In this document: one piece after another, positions 13,801 through 26,344 of the stretch
Position numbering within the stretch: the stretch's first letter is position 1
How the letters are laid out: each line of letters starts with the position of its first letter
DNA from: Haplodiscus bocki
Lineage: Eukaryota
Direction: 5' to 3'
NCBI GenBank assembly: GCA_965655095.1
Contig: OZ296659.1
Location: 33,790,001-33,854,000, forward strand
Length of the DNA: 64,000 nucleotides
Notes under the pieces: model-generated
What the model saw: the letters and a program-made list of their open reading frames with translations, nothing else
The model's database searches: none
Told to the model about the DNA's origin: nothing
Program-made: the position numbers and the translations under genes

Positions 13801-16560
13801 GTATAAGTTTTCTTAGCTCCAACATTCAAAAAACAGCGGAAATCAGGTATCATATAGTTTTTAAAGAATTACAAGTTTGCGTGCAACCAAATAGTTAATG
13901 GCAGAAAAAAATATTTGATGTCCCGTTCGAAAAAAGTGGTGCTAGCAGAAATCAAAAGTTTTTTTTCAGTCTGATTGTTTCTTCAAGTTGGGAATGGAAA
14001 GAAAGGAATATACTTCTGACGAAAAAGATTGCGAAACTCTGAACAAGCAACCTTTCTTCTGATCAACTTTGGTCGCAATTTTTTTCTACAATATACGCGT
14101 TAAAATTACTTGGAAAGGCAAAAAAATGTCAATCTGTTCAAACGTTTTTTCAAAGACAGCTCATTGATAAGTAAGTTTTAAACATTCATCTTGATAGTGA
14201 ACAACATGAGAAGTCCAGGGTCGCCTTGCAAGAGAAATTTAGTGTAATGGCTTTAGAAAAGGAAAGTAGGGAGCCGGAACCAAGAAAACTACCTGCAGCC
14301 AAAAATTTTTGCGGCAGAATAGACAGGGTTGTCGCCATTTCAGAGATGTTTGATTTTATTGGTTTTTGCAGAGAAGAGCAAAAATTTTTGCTCATGAAAG
14401 ATAAATTCACATTATAGAGAGTGAACTGCAGTGAACAAGTTGTTCCAAAGACGATGGCGGTAAATGAAAACCAGAGAGTGATTATTTGTTTCACTGGAAT
14501 TTTTTTCAGTGGTCGAGTTGAAACTGTGTTCAAGATAACATTGGATGAAAGTGATACAGAAATGGGGAAGAGATAATGCTGCGCCAACACTAGACTATCC
14601 TAAGTTCGGAGTCTAGTAAGCGGAATAGAAAGGAATAGACTCAGGGTGTAGCCATGAATCAGTTATTAAAAAGACAAGGAAAAATTTTTACAAAGACAGT
14701 AAAGGTTCTAGTTGATACGACCATTGAAAATTTTGGTCCAAAGGACTGAATTTTTATAGTCGAAAAGACTGACGAAGTTTATAGTAGAATCGACAGACGG
14801 GTGTTCATGATCCAGAGGGCTGACAAGTTTATAGTTGAATCAACTGAACACAAATTAAGAAATAATTTTTTTTGGTTCTTGAAAATTTTAAAGAAAGACA
14901 TCGAAAAACAGGGCAGACAGGAGAAAGCAAAGACATTGGAAGAAGAGAGAGAAGAAAAGTGCCAGAGTGGAGGTTGAAAACTTTGCCGAGGATGTATGTT
15001 GACTCTGAGACTGAGGAGCCCCGTCTGGGTCTGAATCAATTGAATCATGTGATCATGGGACTGACAGACTGAGGGTCCCACCTAAGGATGAGGATCATCC
15101 TGGGAACGATCCTTTTTGTTGCTGATTTTCCAAGTTTTTGTTCCAGAACGTTCCCAGTATGGCTCAGTAGTGTGCTCGTATCTATGGGTTGAAGATAATT
15201 CCGTCTGATTCAGACAGAGCAACCAAAATGCGGCACTCTTTCCTGCTGAACTCCTGGGTTTGTTTTTCAGTGCCTCTGCCTTCAACGCCCTCAGAAACTT
15301 GCGTGATGCATTCTTCATTTCCAGGAACGGACGTGTTTGTTGACTGGCTGTTCTTAGGAAATTCATTTTGTGTTTCTCTTGCAACGGCTGCCAACTTTCG
15401 TTTGTTTCTCAATGTTGTCATCTTTTCGAAGGGAAGAGTCCTAAACAGTAGTGAAGATTGAATTATTTGTATTTTTAATTCAACTTGTGAGAAAAGCTGA
15501 AATTGTGTTTTTAAATGAATAACTAGTCGTAATCTGTACAGTCAAACTAATATTAGTATTTTTAAACTTTTTCGTTTCTCCTATTTATAACTTTTTCTTG
15601 GTGGGAAATAAAGTTGTTTAAATGCCAAGTGAAACTACAAACTAAGGAAAAGTATTTTAAATATTTTATTTACAAAGACAAATTTGCGAATTCTGACGGG
15701 AAGTAAACACTCTTCCCTCCATCCACTTCCTCGCAGGTTGCGTCATCTCACTCTTTCCATAAAAATTTCATTATGTTGATCCGTCGAAAATGGGCATCAA
15801 AGCGTTTATTCCCGCGCCGACAATAGAAAAATAGAAATTAAAGAAGTACATCAAACGTTTTCCATAATCGGAAAACTTTAAAAAATATTTCATTAGTTAG
15901 TTACGGTGAAATTGAAATATTTGCTCTAATTAGCTCAGTATTTTATGTTCAAGTCAGGGGAGAATGCATCTTAATTCACTGAACATGTTTGAGGTAAAAC
16001 AATGTCGGAACTAGGAATTAGTTCTGGAACGGTTACGTATTCGCTCATAGCACTGCTTGTTGCAGTGCTGCTGAAATGATTGAAGTGAGTGGCTACGGAA
16101 TCGTTCCGTAATTGGCAGTCTTAGCGCAGCATAGTAGCTGTCTAAATTGGGTTGATTTTGGTGTAACGTCACCCGACTAGTAGTGACGGAACGCCTCCGG
16201 AACAAACATTCACCTCCAGAGGAGCCACTAGGTTAATAGGTGTTCATTCCGTAACGGTTACCTCCCAGTGTGGATCAGTACACGGGAGTGCTACGTATAC
16301 AAAACGTAGCAGTTACATAAACATTTACTGTGGAGTGATGCATATTTGATACGTATCAACTACATGTAAAAGCGTTAATAAATGGATGCAATATTAATTT
16401 AGCAAAGGAAATGGACTAGTCTATTGTTTTGATACAGTTTCATCTAATCTTCAGACAATCCGGGGATAGTTTTTTCTTTTGTCTGGAATACTATGCCCGT
16501 AAATTTCGCACAAATACTACCACAGTCATCGCACCATGATTCTGCTAGTACTGAAGGAGG

Positions 16561-16840
16561 TGTTTTGTTGTTGGGTTGTTATTTTACTTAAGTTAAGACT
16601 ACATCAGTTCCTTTTGCAGCGAGTGCTAAATTTTCCCGAAGCAATGAAATTTCAATTGTAGTAGTTTCATTTTTAACTTAACACGAAGACAAGAAGTCCT
16701 CATTTGGGTATTACTTCAATTCTAATTCAATATCGATATCACAAACATCTACAGAGGTTTATAAATTGAAAGCATGTAGATAATCTAGTCTGTCCAATAA
16801 AATGTCAGGAATATCTTCTCTAAATTGAATTTGTGTCACA
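16561..16840 (-). mobile_element. Candidate solo LTR related to the termini of the two giant Gypsy elements
   Basis: Shares tacttcaattctaattcaatatc...cacaaacatcta and tgtccaataa...tcaggaa...cttctctaaatt with 26200-26344 and 46780-46921. Similarity stops at ...gtcaca (16840), the point where the others read ...tattaca. No clean TSD is visible. Confidence 0.55.
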
Positions 16841-17746
16841 TGAGTTTGAATTTCCAGTTACAACTTCAATTATGGCACTCTTTGTCAATATTGGCCTACG
16901 AGAGCTTCCAGGTGAAAATCCACCGGATAGCGTAGGAAAAAAATTCATTTCGAATACCAGTAATGTGTCACTAATTCATGGGTTTTTGACATTTTTAAGG
17001 GGGATGGGGAAAATTGGGGAGCTTAAAACTGATGAAAATGCATTGATTATTGAGGAAGATCACCAAAATTGACTCTTTATTGGCATTTTCGGACCACTGG
17101 TGCTCCAATGCAAGGAAAAAAATACAGGAAAAATACCGGGAAAAAAATCGGCGAAGAGGAAGCTATGGAAGGACGCAATATTGAAGAGAATCAGCGGGTT
17201 ATTTTGGAGTAAAGTAGGCTTTGTGTAGAAATTTTCTGTTACTTTTGGGTTTTTTCGCCCATCAGTGTTCCAAGGAAATGAAAAACTCAGAGGTAATACT
17301 ATCCAAGAACCCTCAACTAAGCGAAAGCTATCGATTCTGAACTTGATGGAAAAAATTCAATGGGTCGTTATGTAGGAAATTGAGGTAGAACAAAGAACAC
17401 CAATTTTAACTGAAATCTTTAGCTTTTGCTGACTCTAGAGATTAAACGATGAGATACTGCAATAAACCTATTTTTGAATTCATGTTTTTGTAACTCTGAA
17501 AGTCGGAAAAAAACCAGGTCACGTTTTTTGGGAGTCTTTTTGAGTTTTTGTTTTTTCGATGTCAGCAATTTAAAAAACAACACTATAATTTTAAGTTTAG
17601 TTTTATTTATAAATTCTTCGAGTTTTTCAAAGTTTGGTGAAAAATTGAAAATGCGTTAAACTATTGGATCCAGCTCAGCAAGTAGCAGATCTTAAATTTT
17701 TTCACACAAGAATCTTCCGAAAACGAAACAACAAGCATTCTGCGCA

Positions 17747-19733
17747 CACTGTAAAACTGGCGCGTGCAAAATTACCTGCGAAGGCCGCAGGTAAACTGAT
17801 CCGCAGGTAAAAATACCTGCGGATGCAGGCAAAAATCTCCGCATGTACCGATTGCCTGCGGTTTCTGCGTGTAACTGGCGGAAATGTACCTGCCTGCGCA
17901 GGTAATTCACATGAAGTTTTTATTGTTTTTATTTTTTCAATCCTTGGGACGTTTCCTTTTGTCCAGTTCCAAACATCTTGACCAAAGTAACCATTTGTTG
18001 CCTTTGAAGTCAATGGTGAACCCTTCAAATTTGATTTTGTTCCAAAAACGTCGAAGTGTTCCTTGCTGGCTCTTCAAACCAATTTCCCAAAAAAACAGCT
18101 CGCTGAAAAAGTCTTCACTACCATCAAAATGATCGGGAACTGGCTGTTGTCACTTGAATCTAAAGAGGAAACAACTTTAAAATGGATCTTATTGGGCTAC
18201 AAAAAAACTCACAGCAACTTGAAGTTTAAACTTGGTGAAGAAAAGGCACAAGTTTTACAGTGTACTTTTTAGCCATATGATTTTGTAATATCGATTAATA
18301 GGCTTTAGAAAAAGTAATGAAATTTTACTTTCTGTCTTTTTTGTCTTCCAGCCTATTTTTCGTGGAAGTAGTGGTAAATGTCTTTGATTACTTCTGAAAA
18401 GCAAATAGTCTTTTCCAAGTTTTGGGTTAACTGTCTTTTGATGTACTACTTCGTATACTGTAATCTTTCTGCTTTGAAAGATGTTAATGGAGCCTGTTAA
18501 CGCACCTGCTCATAGGTGGCCCTGTGCGTGCCTGAAATGTGTTTCTGGCCTGCGAAGACTAGAAAAATTCTTCAATATTTTGAAATTCATTCATGTCTTT
18601 GACCTGGTGCTCAAATATGCTTCAGACATAAATGAAGGAAGCTGGTTACAGCTTATCTTTTACTTGATTGTATCGATTGGTATAGTTGTCTCCGTTATTG
18701 GAATGAGTTTTTTGCAGCTGTGTTTCAGGTTTTAGATTGAAGTTTTCTCGTATTGCACTTTGACGGAAACGTTTGCAGTTGGATTCCAAAAGTGATTTGA
18801 CCACGAATGGATTGATTTTGGGGTTTTTTGGAAGAAAATGGCTTCCTTCGTTGACTTCATATCTGTATAAACTGAAATCTGCATGAATTGCTCAATTGTT
18901 ATTCTTTTTTGACGACATGAAATTTGTTCGATGTTTAGTTTAAGAGGTATTCTGGTTTGTTCTTTAAAAATGCTTGTACTTTTTAGCCATAGGATTTTGT
19001 AATATCGATTGATGAGCTTTAGCAATGCATTGCAACTTTATTCCCGATGTTTGTGCGTCTTCCCTTCTAGCTTTGCCGCAAGTAATGATAGATTTTCGAC
19101 AAGATTGCATTACATGCGAACGTAGGTAACTGTAACTGCAGTTCGTAGGTAAACAGGCCCCACATGCAGTTTACCTGCGTTACATCCAGTTTACCTGTAA
19201 AAACAGGTAGTTATCCCTGCTTCTACGCAGCAAGCACCTCACGCAGAATACACGCGTTAGCACTCAATAAAGAACGCAAGTTGCAGGTAACTTCACCTGC
19301 ATGATGCAGGCTAACTTACCTGCAATTTGCAGGTGAATTTACCCGCGGTGTGATAGCAGATTGCCTGCAATTGCAGGTAATTCTGTGTGGAATTGCAGTC
19401 ATTTTTGCCGGCGTTTGACGGGTATTTCTACCTGCGACTCTGGTGTTTTTTCTGTAAGTTGCATGTATCTTTGCCCGCAGAAGCAGGCAATTTTGCATGC
19501 TAGTCGTGGGCAAGTTTGCATGAGTTCCGCATGTAAAACTACCTGTAAAATGCTTGTGGTATTCAGAAAAATTTACATGCGCCTGCAGGTAATTTGCATG
19601 CTTGCTGCACGAGGTTTTTACAGGTAAACTGCATGTAACGCAGGAAAACTGCGTGCGTGGCCTTTTTACCAGCGAACTGCAGGTAAAGTTACCTGCGTTT
19701 GCAAGCAATTTTGCACGCGCCAGTTTTACAGTG
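17747..19733. mobile_element. Non-autonomous CACTG-terminated DNA transposon (CMC/EnSpm-type), 1,987 bp
   Basis: Perfect 27 bp TIR CACTGTAAAACTGGCGCGTGCAAAATT at 17747, with its reverse complement ending at 19733. Flanked by a 2 bp CA duplication. Dense subterminal TACCTGC/GCAGGTA motifs in both orientations (17770-17910, 19120-19700). No transposase ORF. Confidence 0.9.
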
Positions 19734-20399
19734 CATACAAATTGAATGTTCCATGGTAAAGAAATTAGCAGTCCTAACCTCGGCGTTGCCTTCGCGGTAA
19801 ATCACAAGGCTGAAGAAACCAGATTTGAGGTCGGCAACGCAAGCAAAAAGTAACACCGAATTGACAATTCGACGCAGAAGTAATTGAAGATGTCGTTTGT
19901 TTTAACTGTTTCTGCGAGTAAATTTCTCAAGATGTTCACTCAAGATGTTCACAAACCGTCTCCAGTGAAAACTTGTGAAGGAGAATTAGGAATATTTTTC
20001 ACCCATTTTCAGTCAACGCAATATGAAACAAAGATGCTGACCATTGCAGGTCCGTTTTTTGTCAGCCAACAGACTTCACGTGGAACCAATCTAATTTAAG
20101 AAAGATCCAGCCTTTTGGAGTGCTTGGAGAATTCCTAATCGACAGGATAAGACCACGAACCCTAACGGAACTCTTTTTTAATCTATCCATGTTAGTTTTT
20201 GCACTCATCAACATCAAAAAATTACAAAAAATTCAAAGATATTACAATAAATAACGTAAACCAGCAAAAACAAAAAAAAACAATCAAAATCGACCGACAC
20301 TGCATGAAATTGGGAGAATCCTGATAGCCCTTACAACGACCAAGAAAGGTACCAGAAATTTCAGATTTGAAATTTTGCTCCGTACTACAAACCACGGAT

Positions 20400-20690
20400 T
20401 CAAACAGAGAAGTCCGCTTTGTGAAGAGAGATAGCCAAAATATTTCTTGCTGATATGGTGATATAGTATCTCCGTGGCCTAGTGGGTAGGACAAAAGTAC
20501 CCTGAAAATGCTTTTCGAAGGAAGAACGACGTTTCTTCTCTTGAGCATAATTTTGATTGTGAAAGACTTTTGTTGTCCCACTACAGTTGCAGAAGGTACC
20601 AAAAGGTCTTCAAGATACAATAAAACATTACCACTAAGACAGTGTTCGCACAGGCAGGAACCGAAAAACTTCCACAAAAAGTTGACCACG
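20400..20690 (-). pseudogene. Degenerate Ty3/Gypsy reverse transcriptase fragment
   Basis: ORF 20222-20689 contains NVLLYLEDLLVPSAT...LKRRNVVLPSKSIFRVLLSYPLGH, which matches the RT pattern YLDDIL...L..A.L.L.P.KC.F......YLGH. Confidence 0.5.
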
Positions 20691-21749
20691 ATTTAACCAA
20701 CGAAATCTTAAAAAAACTTCGCGTTCCTCGTTGACGTATAATAGTCTGAAGTTAACAAAAATGCTCCAGTTGTTGACTTTGAAAATGATCTTCTGAAAAA
20801 CAACTCCATTTATTTTAAGTAAAGAATAAGAAGAAACGTTTTCAAAGACATTAATTTCTTTGAATTGAGCTTTATTCAGAATTTTCTTCAGAAATGATGG
20901 TTCTCAAAAAAGCAACAAAAGAATATGATGTCGACTTTCAAACTTACAAAAAGGAAACTCTCCTCAACTAACCGCTCACTTCTTCTGGCTTACATTGTCA
21001 TTCAGAGTGGTTTGCAAATAATGTGATTTAATTCGAGCAAATTTTCGAGATTTTTTTCCAATACCTGAAAACTATTGTCAAAACATTGTGTTACGAGTAC
21101 AGTATCTCGGTCGTTTTACACAGTACTTACAATGATTTGTCTCAAACTACCCATTCAAATTCTTTCCTCCTCAATTTGTTCTAACGAACTTTAATATTTT
21201 CCGTTCCATTCAGTAGTCGGTGTTATTTTCCTTAGTAGTGAAATTACCAACGACGCGCGAACTTTATTACTGAGCAGTTAGCACCTTGATTAATACAAAT
21301 GTGTGAGCATCAACGGGGTTAGGAACCCAAAGGTGAAGAGTTCTAATCACGCTATCCGCCATATTTTTAGACTACTTTTTAGACACTCTTAAACCCAGTC
21401 TTATTTTTTATTACCAAAAAACAGGGTTCTTGCGATCAATATTAGGTTTTCTTGATAAACGGGCTCTACTTTTCTCGAAAAATGTCAATTTTCCGACCTA
21501 ACTGAAGCAGATCGGCATTTTTCAGAATGTTTTGAAAACAAATTCATTTTCCAAAAAAGCTGACAAAAAAATGAAAAAAAGTTTATAAATCGGTCAGAAA
21601 ATTTAACTAAATATGTAAAATTTTACTTTTTTTCAGTTTTTTGGTCTAAGTTTTGTTTCACTTCCCTAGTTTCTCTGGGATCAGAAAAAGCGATGATTCG
21701 AAGAAAATAATTTTACTGGAACATGTTGTTCTGTGATCCCCAGCTTGAG

Positions 21750-24500
21750 GGATTACCGGAAAGCGCAAATAGGATTGAAATTCCTGTATGTTGCAACTCA
21801 ATTTTCTCCAAGAAAACAAGGCTCAAGTCTTTCATTCAGGTTCTAATCAGAAATTTCTTACCTGTGAAAGAGTACTATTTTGAAAAGTCGCTGATTTTAA
21901 ATCTTTCCCCCAATGTGAAACTTCTGAAAGATGTCATCATAATTGATACATCTCGTTGTTCAAACTGAATTAGCTCAGGAACTACACGTTTGAGTTCATC
22001 AACCAAAATCTCTGTTGAAAGCCTTACTCCTGCAGAGGTGAAATCGATTGAAGAACCATTGATATTGATTCTTGCATCTAACTCTTGGTAGTCCAAACTT
22101 TCCCGAAAGTTGTTATTAAAAATGATTCATCTGGATTATCGAAATGGTGTTTCTCCGTAACTACAGTTTAAATTTCCTCCTGCAGGGTCACAATCGGCAA
22201 CTTTACACTTAGAGAAAATGATCCGGTTCAGATTTCAATCAGCTGGTTTTTTGCATCAAAATCTGGCCATACCCAAAAATCGAAAGTTTTCTTTATGAAT
22301 TTATGTCGATATTCAGTCTCGTTCTTCTCGGTCGTATTAAGTTTTAGACTTTAATTACTGCGGTCAAGTCTCAATCAAAAATTTGAAGTTTTTGCAGTAA
22401 TTTGCACGTAAGTAGAAAATCTTTTTCATCTTTGCCTCTGAATTTTGATTGTCCAAAGGATCCAAATGTGGTAACTATTCTGATTCATCTCATATTTCTC
22501 TGTAACTACAAGCATAATTTTTCCGACAAGGTCACAATTTTTCCGGCAATGTCTCAATCGAACAAGGATTACCTTTGGAAGAGGATTAGATTTAAAAGTT
22601 GTTTTTTTTCTTGTGTTCCTTGAATTAGAATTGTGATAGTAAGAAAATTCGAAAATCCCCTATTATTTTTGACTCATCACGAGATACAAACACTCTTTTC
22701 CGCGTAACTACCAATCTAAATTCCTTCAAGAAAATCTAAATCGGCAGACTTTTAGCTGCTGAGGTAATTTGGCTCGTAGAAACGAATATTTTTTTGTATT
22801 GGAATAATGATAGTTGAGAAATGCCAAACAACCGCTGATGATTTTGATAATTTTTTATCGATTCCAACTACTAGTCCTCCATAACCACTGAGTTGACTTC
22901 TAGCTGCATGATGTCAATCTGTGTTCTTTTTGAAGGCTAATCGATTTGATCAAAATTGTAATTGATCCTTTTGTCGCAATCCTGATAATCCGAGGTTGAC
23001 AAAAAAACTCCCAATATTGAAAAATTTTTTCATTCAAACTAATGCATCTCCATAACTACAGGCTTGATTTATTCCACCAAAGGTCCTTATCGAAAAGTTT
23101 CTGCTCTTGGGACAGGATTGGGTTAAAACACTATAAACCCTGGTCCTCCATTGAATCGTGGAATGGAAATTGCCAGAAGTTCTCATAATCTGATTATCTG
23201 AAAAAGTCTAGATTTTCAAACTCGTTTTTCTCCGAAAAAATACCAACTTTAGTTCGTTCTTCGAGGTCTCATTTTTTTCTACTTTTGTTCTATTATTTGT
23301 TTCAATAAACGTTACTTCTCATCCATTCAGTGGAATTCTAAGTAACCGGAAATGACAGAAAGTATTGTTGGTCTTGACAAGCCTCGAAAATCCACCACAA
23401 TTTTCTTCAGCTCTACTTCCTTCATTTTCTCTTCAGCGTGCCAGTCGATAGTTTTTTACTTGAAGCAGACTGTTCTTTCTTAAAAATCATACAGTTTGTG
23501 TTTTACATCGGGCTTGGAGTGTTGATTGACCAAATGTGGCAAAGGTTCTCGACCTGCTCGAAAACAACATTTTTGCTTTCGCCTATCTATCAATGTGACA
23601 ATTGGCGATGACATCTTTTTGAATGTTTCGTAGATGGATCAAATTCTAACTGTTTCCCTTAGATTGGAATGTTGATAAGCTGAACATGCAGAAATGTTCA
23701 ATTATTGTTCCTACTTTGTCGATTTTCAAACTGACTGATCTCCAAAGCAATCGGCTTGTATTCTTTCGACAAGATCTCCTTCGATATGTTTTTAGTCAAG
23801 TTTAGCTTCTGTTTAACAATGATTGGTTGTTTATTCGACCGATTTTCTATCCACCACCTTGACGGAAAATAATGCAGTGCGACTGCTCCTCTTGCTTTAT
23901 ATTTTTATTTATTAAGATGCAGCAGTTTTTCACGATTTTCTTCTGTTTAATTATTCATAATCGGATTAGGCGTTCGAGTTTGGCTTCAAAAGCATATGAT
24001 GTTATCTTAATTTGGTTTTTACAGGGATTTTTTCGACTACTACCTATTAAATTCTTTCATCCAGGGGCTCAAACTAAAGATTTTCATCTAAACAGTGATT
24101 CAAGTAGAACAACGTCTTGAGTTTTTGTTTCGGTCTCCAGAAATGGATGACTAAACGTCGCTGTGAATCCATATGATGTCAAAAGTTGTATTTTACCAGA
24201 TTGTTTTCTTCTAAACTGCTCTTTCAATTCCTTGCAGCTAGGGCTTAATCGAAAGTTTTTTATATGTAGTTTGACTTGTGTGGAACAACTTTATAAAGAC
24301 TTTTTTTCAATTTTTGGAAAAGATGATGACGCAAAACTTGATCTACATACGTAAGATGTCGTTTTTTATGATTGATTTTCTCTCCAATTAACAAAGTATT
24401 CTTTTCATCTAGGACTTAATATGAAACTCATTTTACATAGATTGATTTAGATGGACCATGTTGCAGGATTTGCTTACGACTTTTAGATAGATATGATGGT
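21750..24500 (-). repeat. Highly diverged ~175-185 bp tandem repeat, probably a decayed repeat-protein coding sequence
   Basis: A ctcc(g/a)taactac-like motif recurs near 22155, 22500, 22700, 22877, 23048, 23230 and 23405. A second motif (catatgatgt...ctagg(g/a)cttaat) recurs near 23995, 24170 and 24350. Minus-frame peptides RLSTEILVDELKRVVPE, KLPIVTLQEEI*TVVTEK and SLPI*IFLKEFRLVVTRK align. Confidence 0.5.
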
Positions 24501-25058
24501 CTTAGCAATACTTCAGAAGGGTGTGTAGTCGAATTCGGTCTGTTTCTTCGAAAGAAAAATTAATCTTTGTCTGCTACAAGCATTCAAATTTCGTTTATAT
24601 ACTCAATCAGAAGCTTTCTTGTGTTTAGATTGCTTTTGCAGAAGGCAACTTTCCACTTTCTCTATACATTTTTTCACTGTTTTTAACCTGGAATCGGTTT
24701 GATAGTTCCCAAAAAATGCTCATTTTGATACTTTAACAAAATCAACGTTTCTTGGAAGCTTTTTGGCAAGCCATCATTTATCTAGTAAAACGCTCCCTCG
24801 GTTGTATGCAAAAGCATTTTTGCTTTGAACTTTTAATTTTGGTTAGTAATAACAGAGTCAATTTTTTTATTCAGACCTCATGCGTTTTGGAAGCCAACCG
24901 TTACAAAAAAAATGAAAAGAATTATTCGGATTTCATTCGCACCATGGAGCTAATCTTTTAGTTGGGAAATTGCTCTCTTCACTTTATTGGCACCACCGTA
25001 CTGCTAAAGTATTAAACATGATATGTTCAAAAAGGACGGTGGGTTCTGTCTATTTCAG

Positions 25059-25165
25059 AACTGAATACAGAACAGAGTGTCAGTATGAATGGGTAACAGT
25101 GACCAAAACAGTTTGGGAATGCTGTGCGGGCTACCGCGAGCATGAAAGTGATGACACCTGTATAG
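25059..25165 (+). CDS. MEGF10-like: Exon of a MEGF10/11-Draper-CED-1-like receptor: C-terminal half of the EMI domain
   Basis: Acceptor tatttcag| at 25058 and donor G|gtaagt at 25166. Encodes TEYRTECQYEWVTVTKTVWECCAGYREHESDDTCI, with the EMI hallmark YR...CCxGY...C. It ends in phase 1, matching the next exon. Confidence 0.88.
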
Positions 25166-25955
25166 GTAAGTATATTGTGCGGGCAGGGGGTTTGCAACCT
25201 GTTGTAGTGTCTTATTTCCTTTCCAATCTAACATGTTTGCAATTGGATCTACTTGTTGACTGACTGATGCAATTATACAGTTAAAACATCTCAGTCTCAG
25301 CTCATTAACCTCCATTCAATCATCGGACACACCATGTCATAAGCACATTCATTGCAAATTTATTCACATTATAGTTGCATGCTCCTACTAATGATTGTTC
25401 TGTGTTTCAAAAACCCTCCTGAAGTTTTTCGAGCGAGTCCAGAAAGTTTGCATCAGCAAAAAAAGAACAACTAAGTTTTTAACGTAGTCCAAATGTAAAC
25501 TAGAAGAAAAATGTACACCGATTAGGCGAATAGAAAGATCCTGTTTCTTGAGTAATAAAAAACTCACGTTAGTTTTATAGTACTGTATACTTCAATAGTA
25601 TATATATCTCCCATTTATCAATAAATATTGCTCAAATCGAAACATTTTTATTGAACGCAGTTATAATCAACTTATTCTTTCTAGTTCACTTACCATTATA
25701 GAAAAACTGCTCTATACTGTAGAGTTTTTATACAATGTGTTGGTTTACCGAAGTTAGTTGACACAAAATTATCCAAACCGTAATTTTCCACTTGGAGTCA
25801 ACAGACAGGGCATTAATCTCCATTCACTTGACTTATCTGGCTGACGATTGAATTAAAAATAATGAGTGCACCTGTTACTGATTACCCCGATAAATCGTCA
25901 CCAATAAAAAATTCATCTGGCTTGACCCTAGAACTTTGACATTTTTCATTTCCAG

Positions 25956-26048
25956 CACTGTGCAATCCGGAATGCGTCAACGGGACGTGTGAGCAACCAA
26001 ACAAATGTTCCTGCAGCTATGGATACCGAGGCCCGAGTTGCGAGAGTC
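25956..26048 (+). CDS. MEGF10-like: Exon of the MEGF10-like receptor: first EGF/NIM repeat (not in the ORF track)
   Basis: Acceptor tttcatttccag| and donor C|gtaagt. Spliced in frame to the previous exon it gives ALCNPECVNGTCEQPNKCSCSYGYRGPSCES, matching the CxxxCxNGxCxxPxxCxCxxGYxGxxC repeat that follows EMI in MEGF10/Draper. Confidence 0.9.
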
Positions 26049-26088
26049 GTAAGTGAATTCTGTATTAACTTTTAAAAGATTTAAGTAG

Positions 26089-26344
26089 TGTGTCTTTCTA
26101 GTAAAGTTAATACTACGAAGAGGCCTTCAACTTGACTTGACCTAACTTGAGTACTCAGATATTTCCTACGGTTTCTCAGAAACTCTCAAGAGAAGACAAC
26201 TTTTCTCTACTTGGATTATACTTCAATTCTAGATTGATATCTAGATCATAAAAGTCTGTAAAAATCCTTTATAAGAAATATATACAAAGTTACATTTTGC
26301 CCAATAATATTTCACGATTTTCTCTAAAATGCGTATGTATTACA
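26089..26344 (-). repeat. Candidate 3' LTR of element A (~255 bp)
   Basis: Begins tgtgt at 26089 and ends tattaca at 26344. Homologous to 46662-46921 and to the isolated copy at 16561-16840. No clear PPT seen. Confidence 0.5.

Larger units (their letters stand above)
1..15582. repeat. Tandem array (macrosatellite) of ~2.77-2.81 kb units, about 5.6 copies in the window, continuing off the left edge
   Basis: Marker cttcaagttgggaatgg recurs at 1, 2808, 5584, 8390, 11167 and 13981. The ORF track repeats with a 5582 bp period (206/5788, 3013/8595). Similarity ends at ...ttcgtttctcct (~15582). The natural unit junction lies at ~1612, 4386, 7194, 9969 and 12783. Confidence 0.97.

Noticed and set aside
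16011-16205. 64-aa minus-strand ORF in unique sequence
   Set aside because: Non-ATG start, no recognisable domain and no convincing splice sites.
17770-19700. Clustered short repeats that could be mistaken for a CRISPR array
   Set aside because: They are 7-bp motifs in both orientations with irregular spacing, inside TIRs, in eukaryotic DNA with no cas genes.
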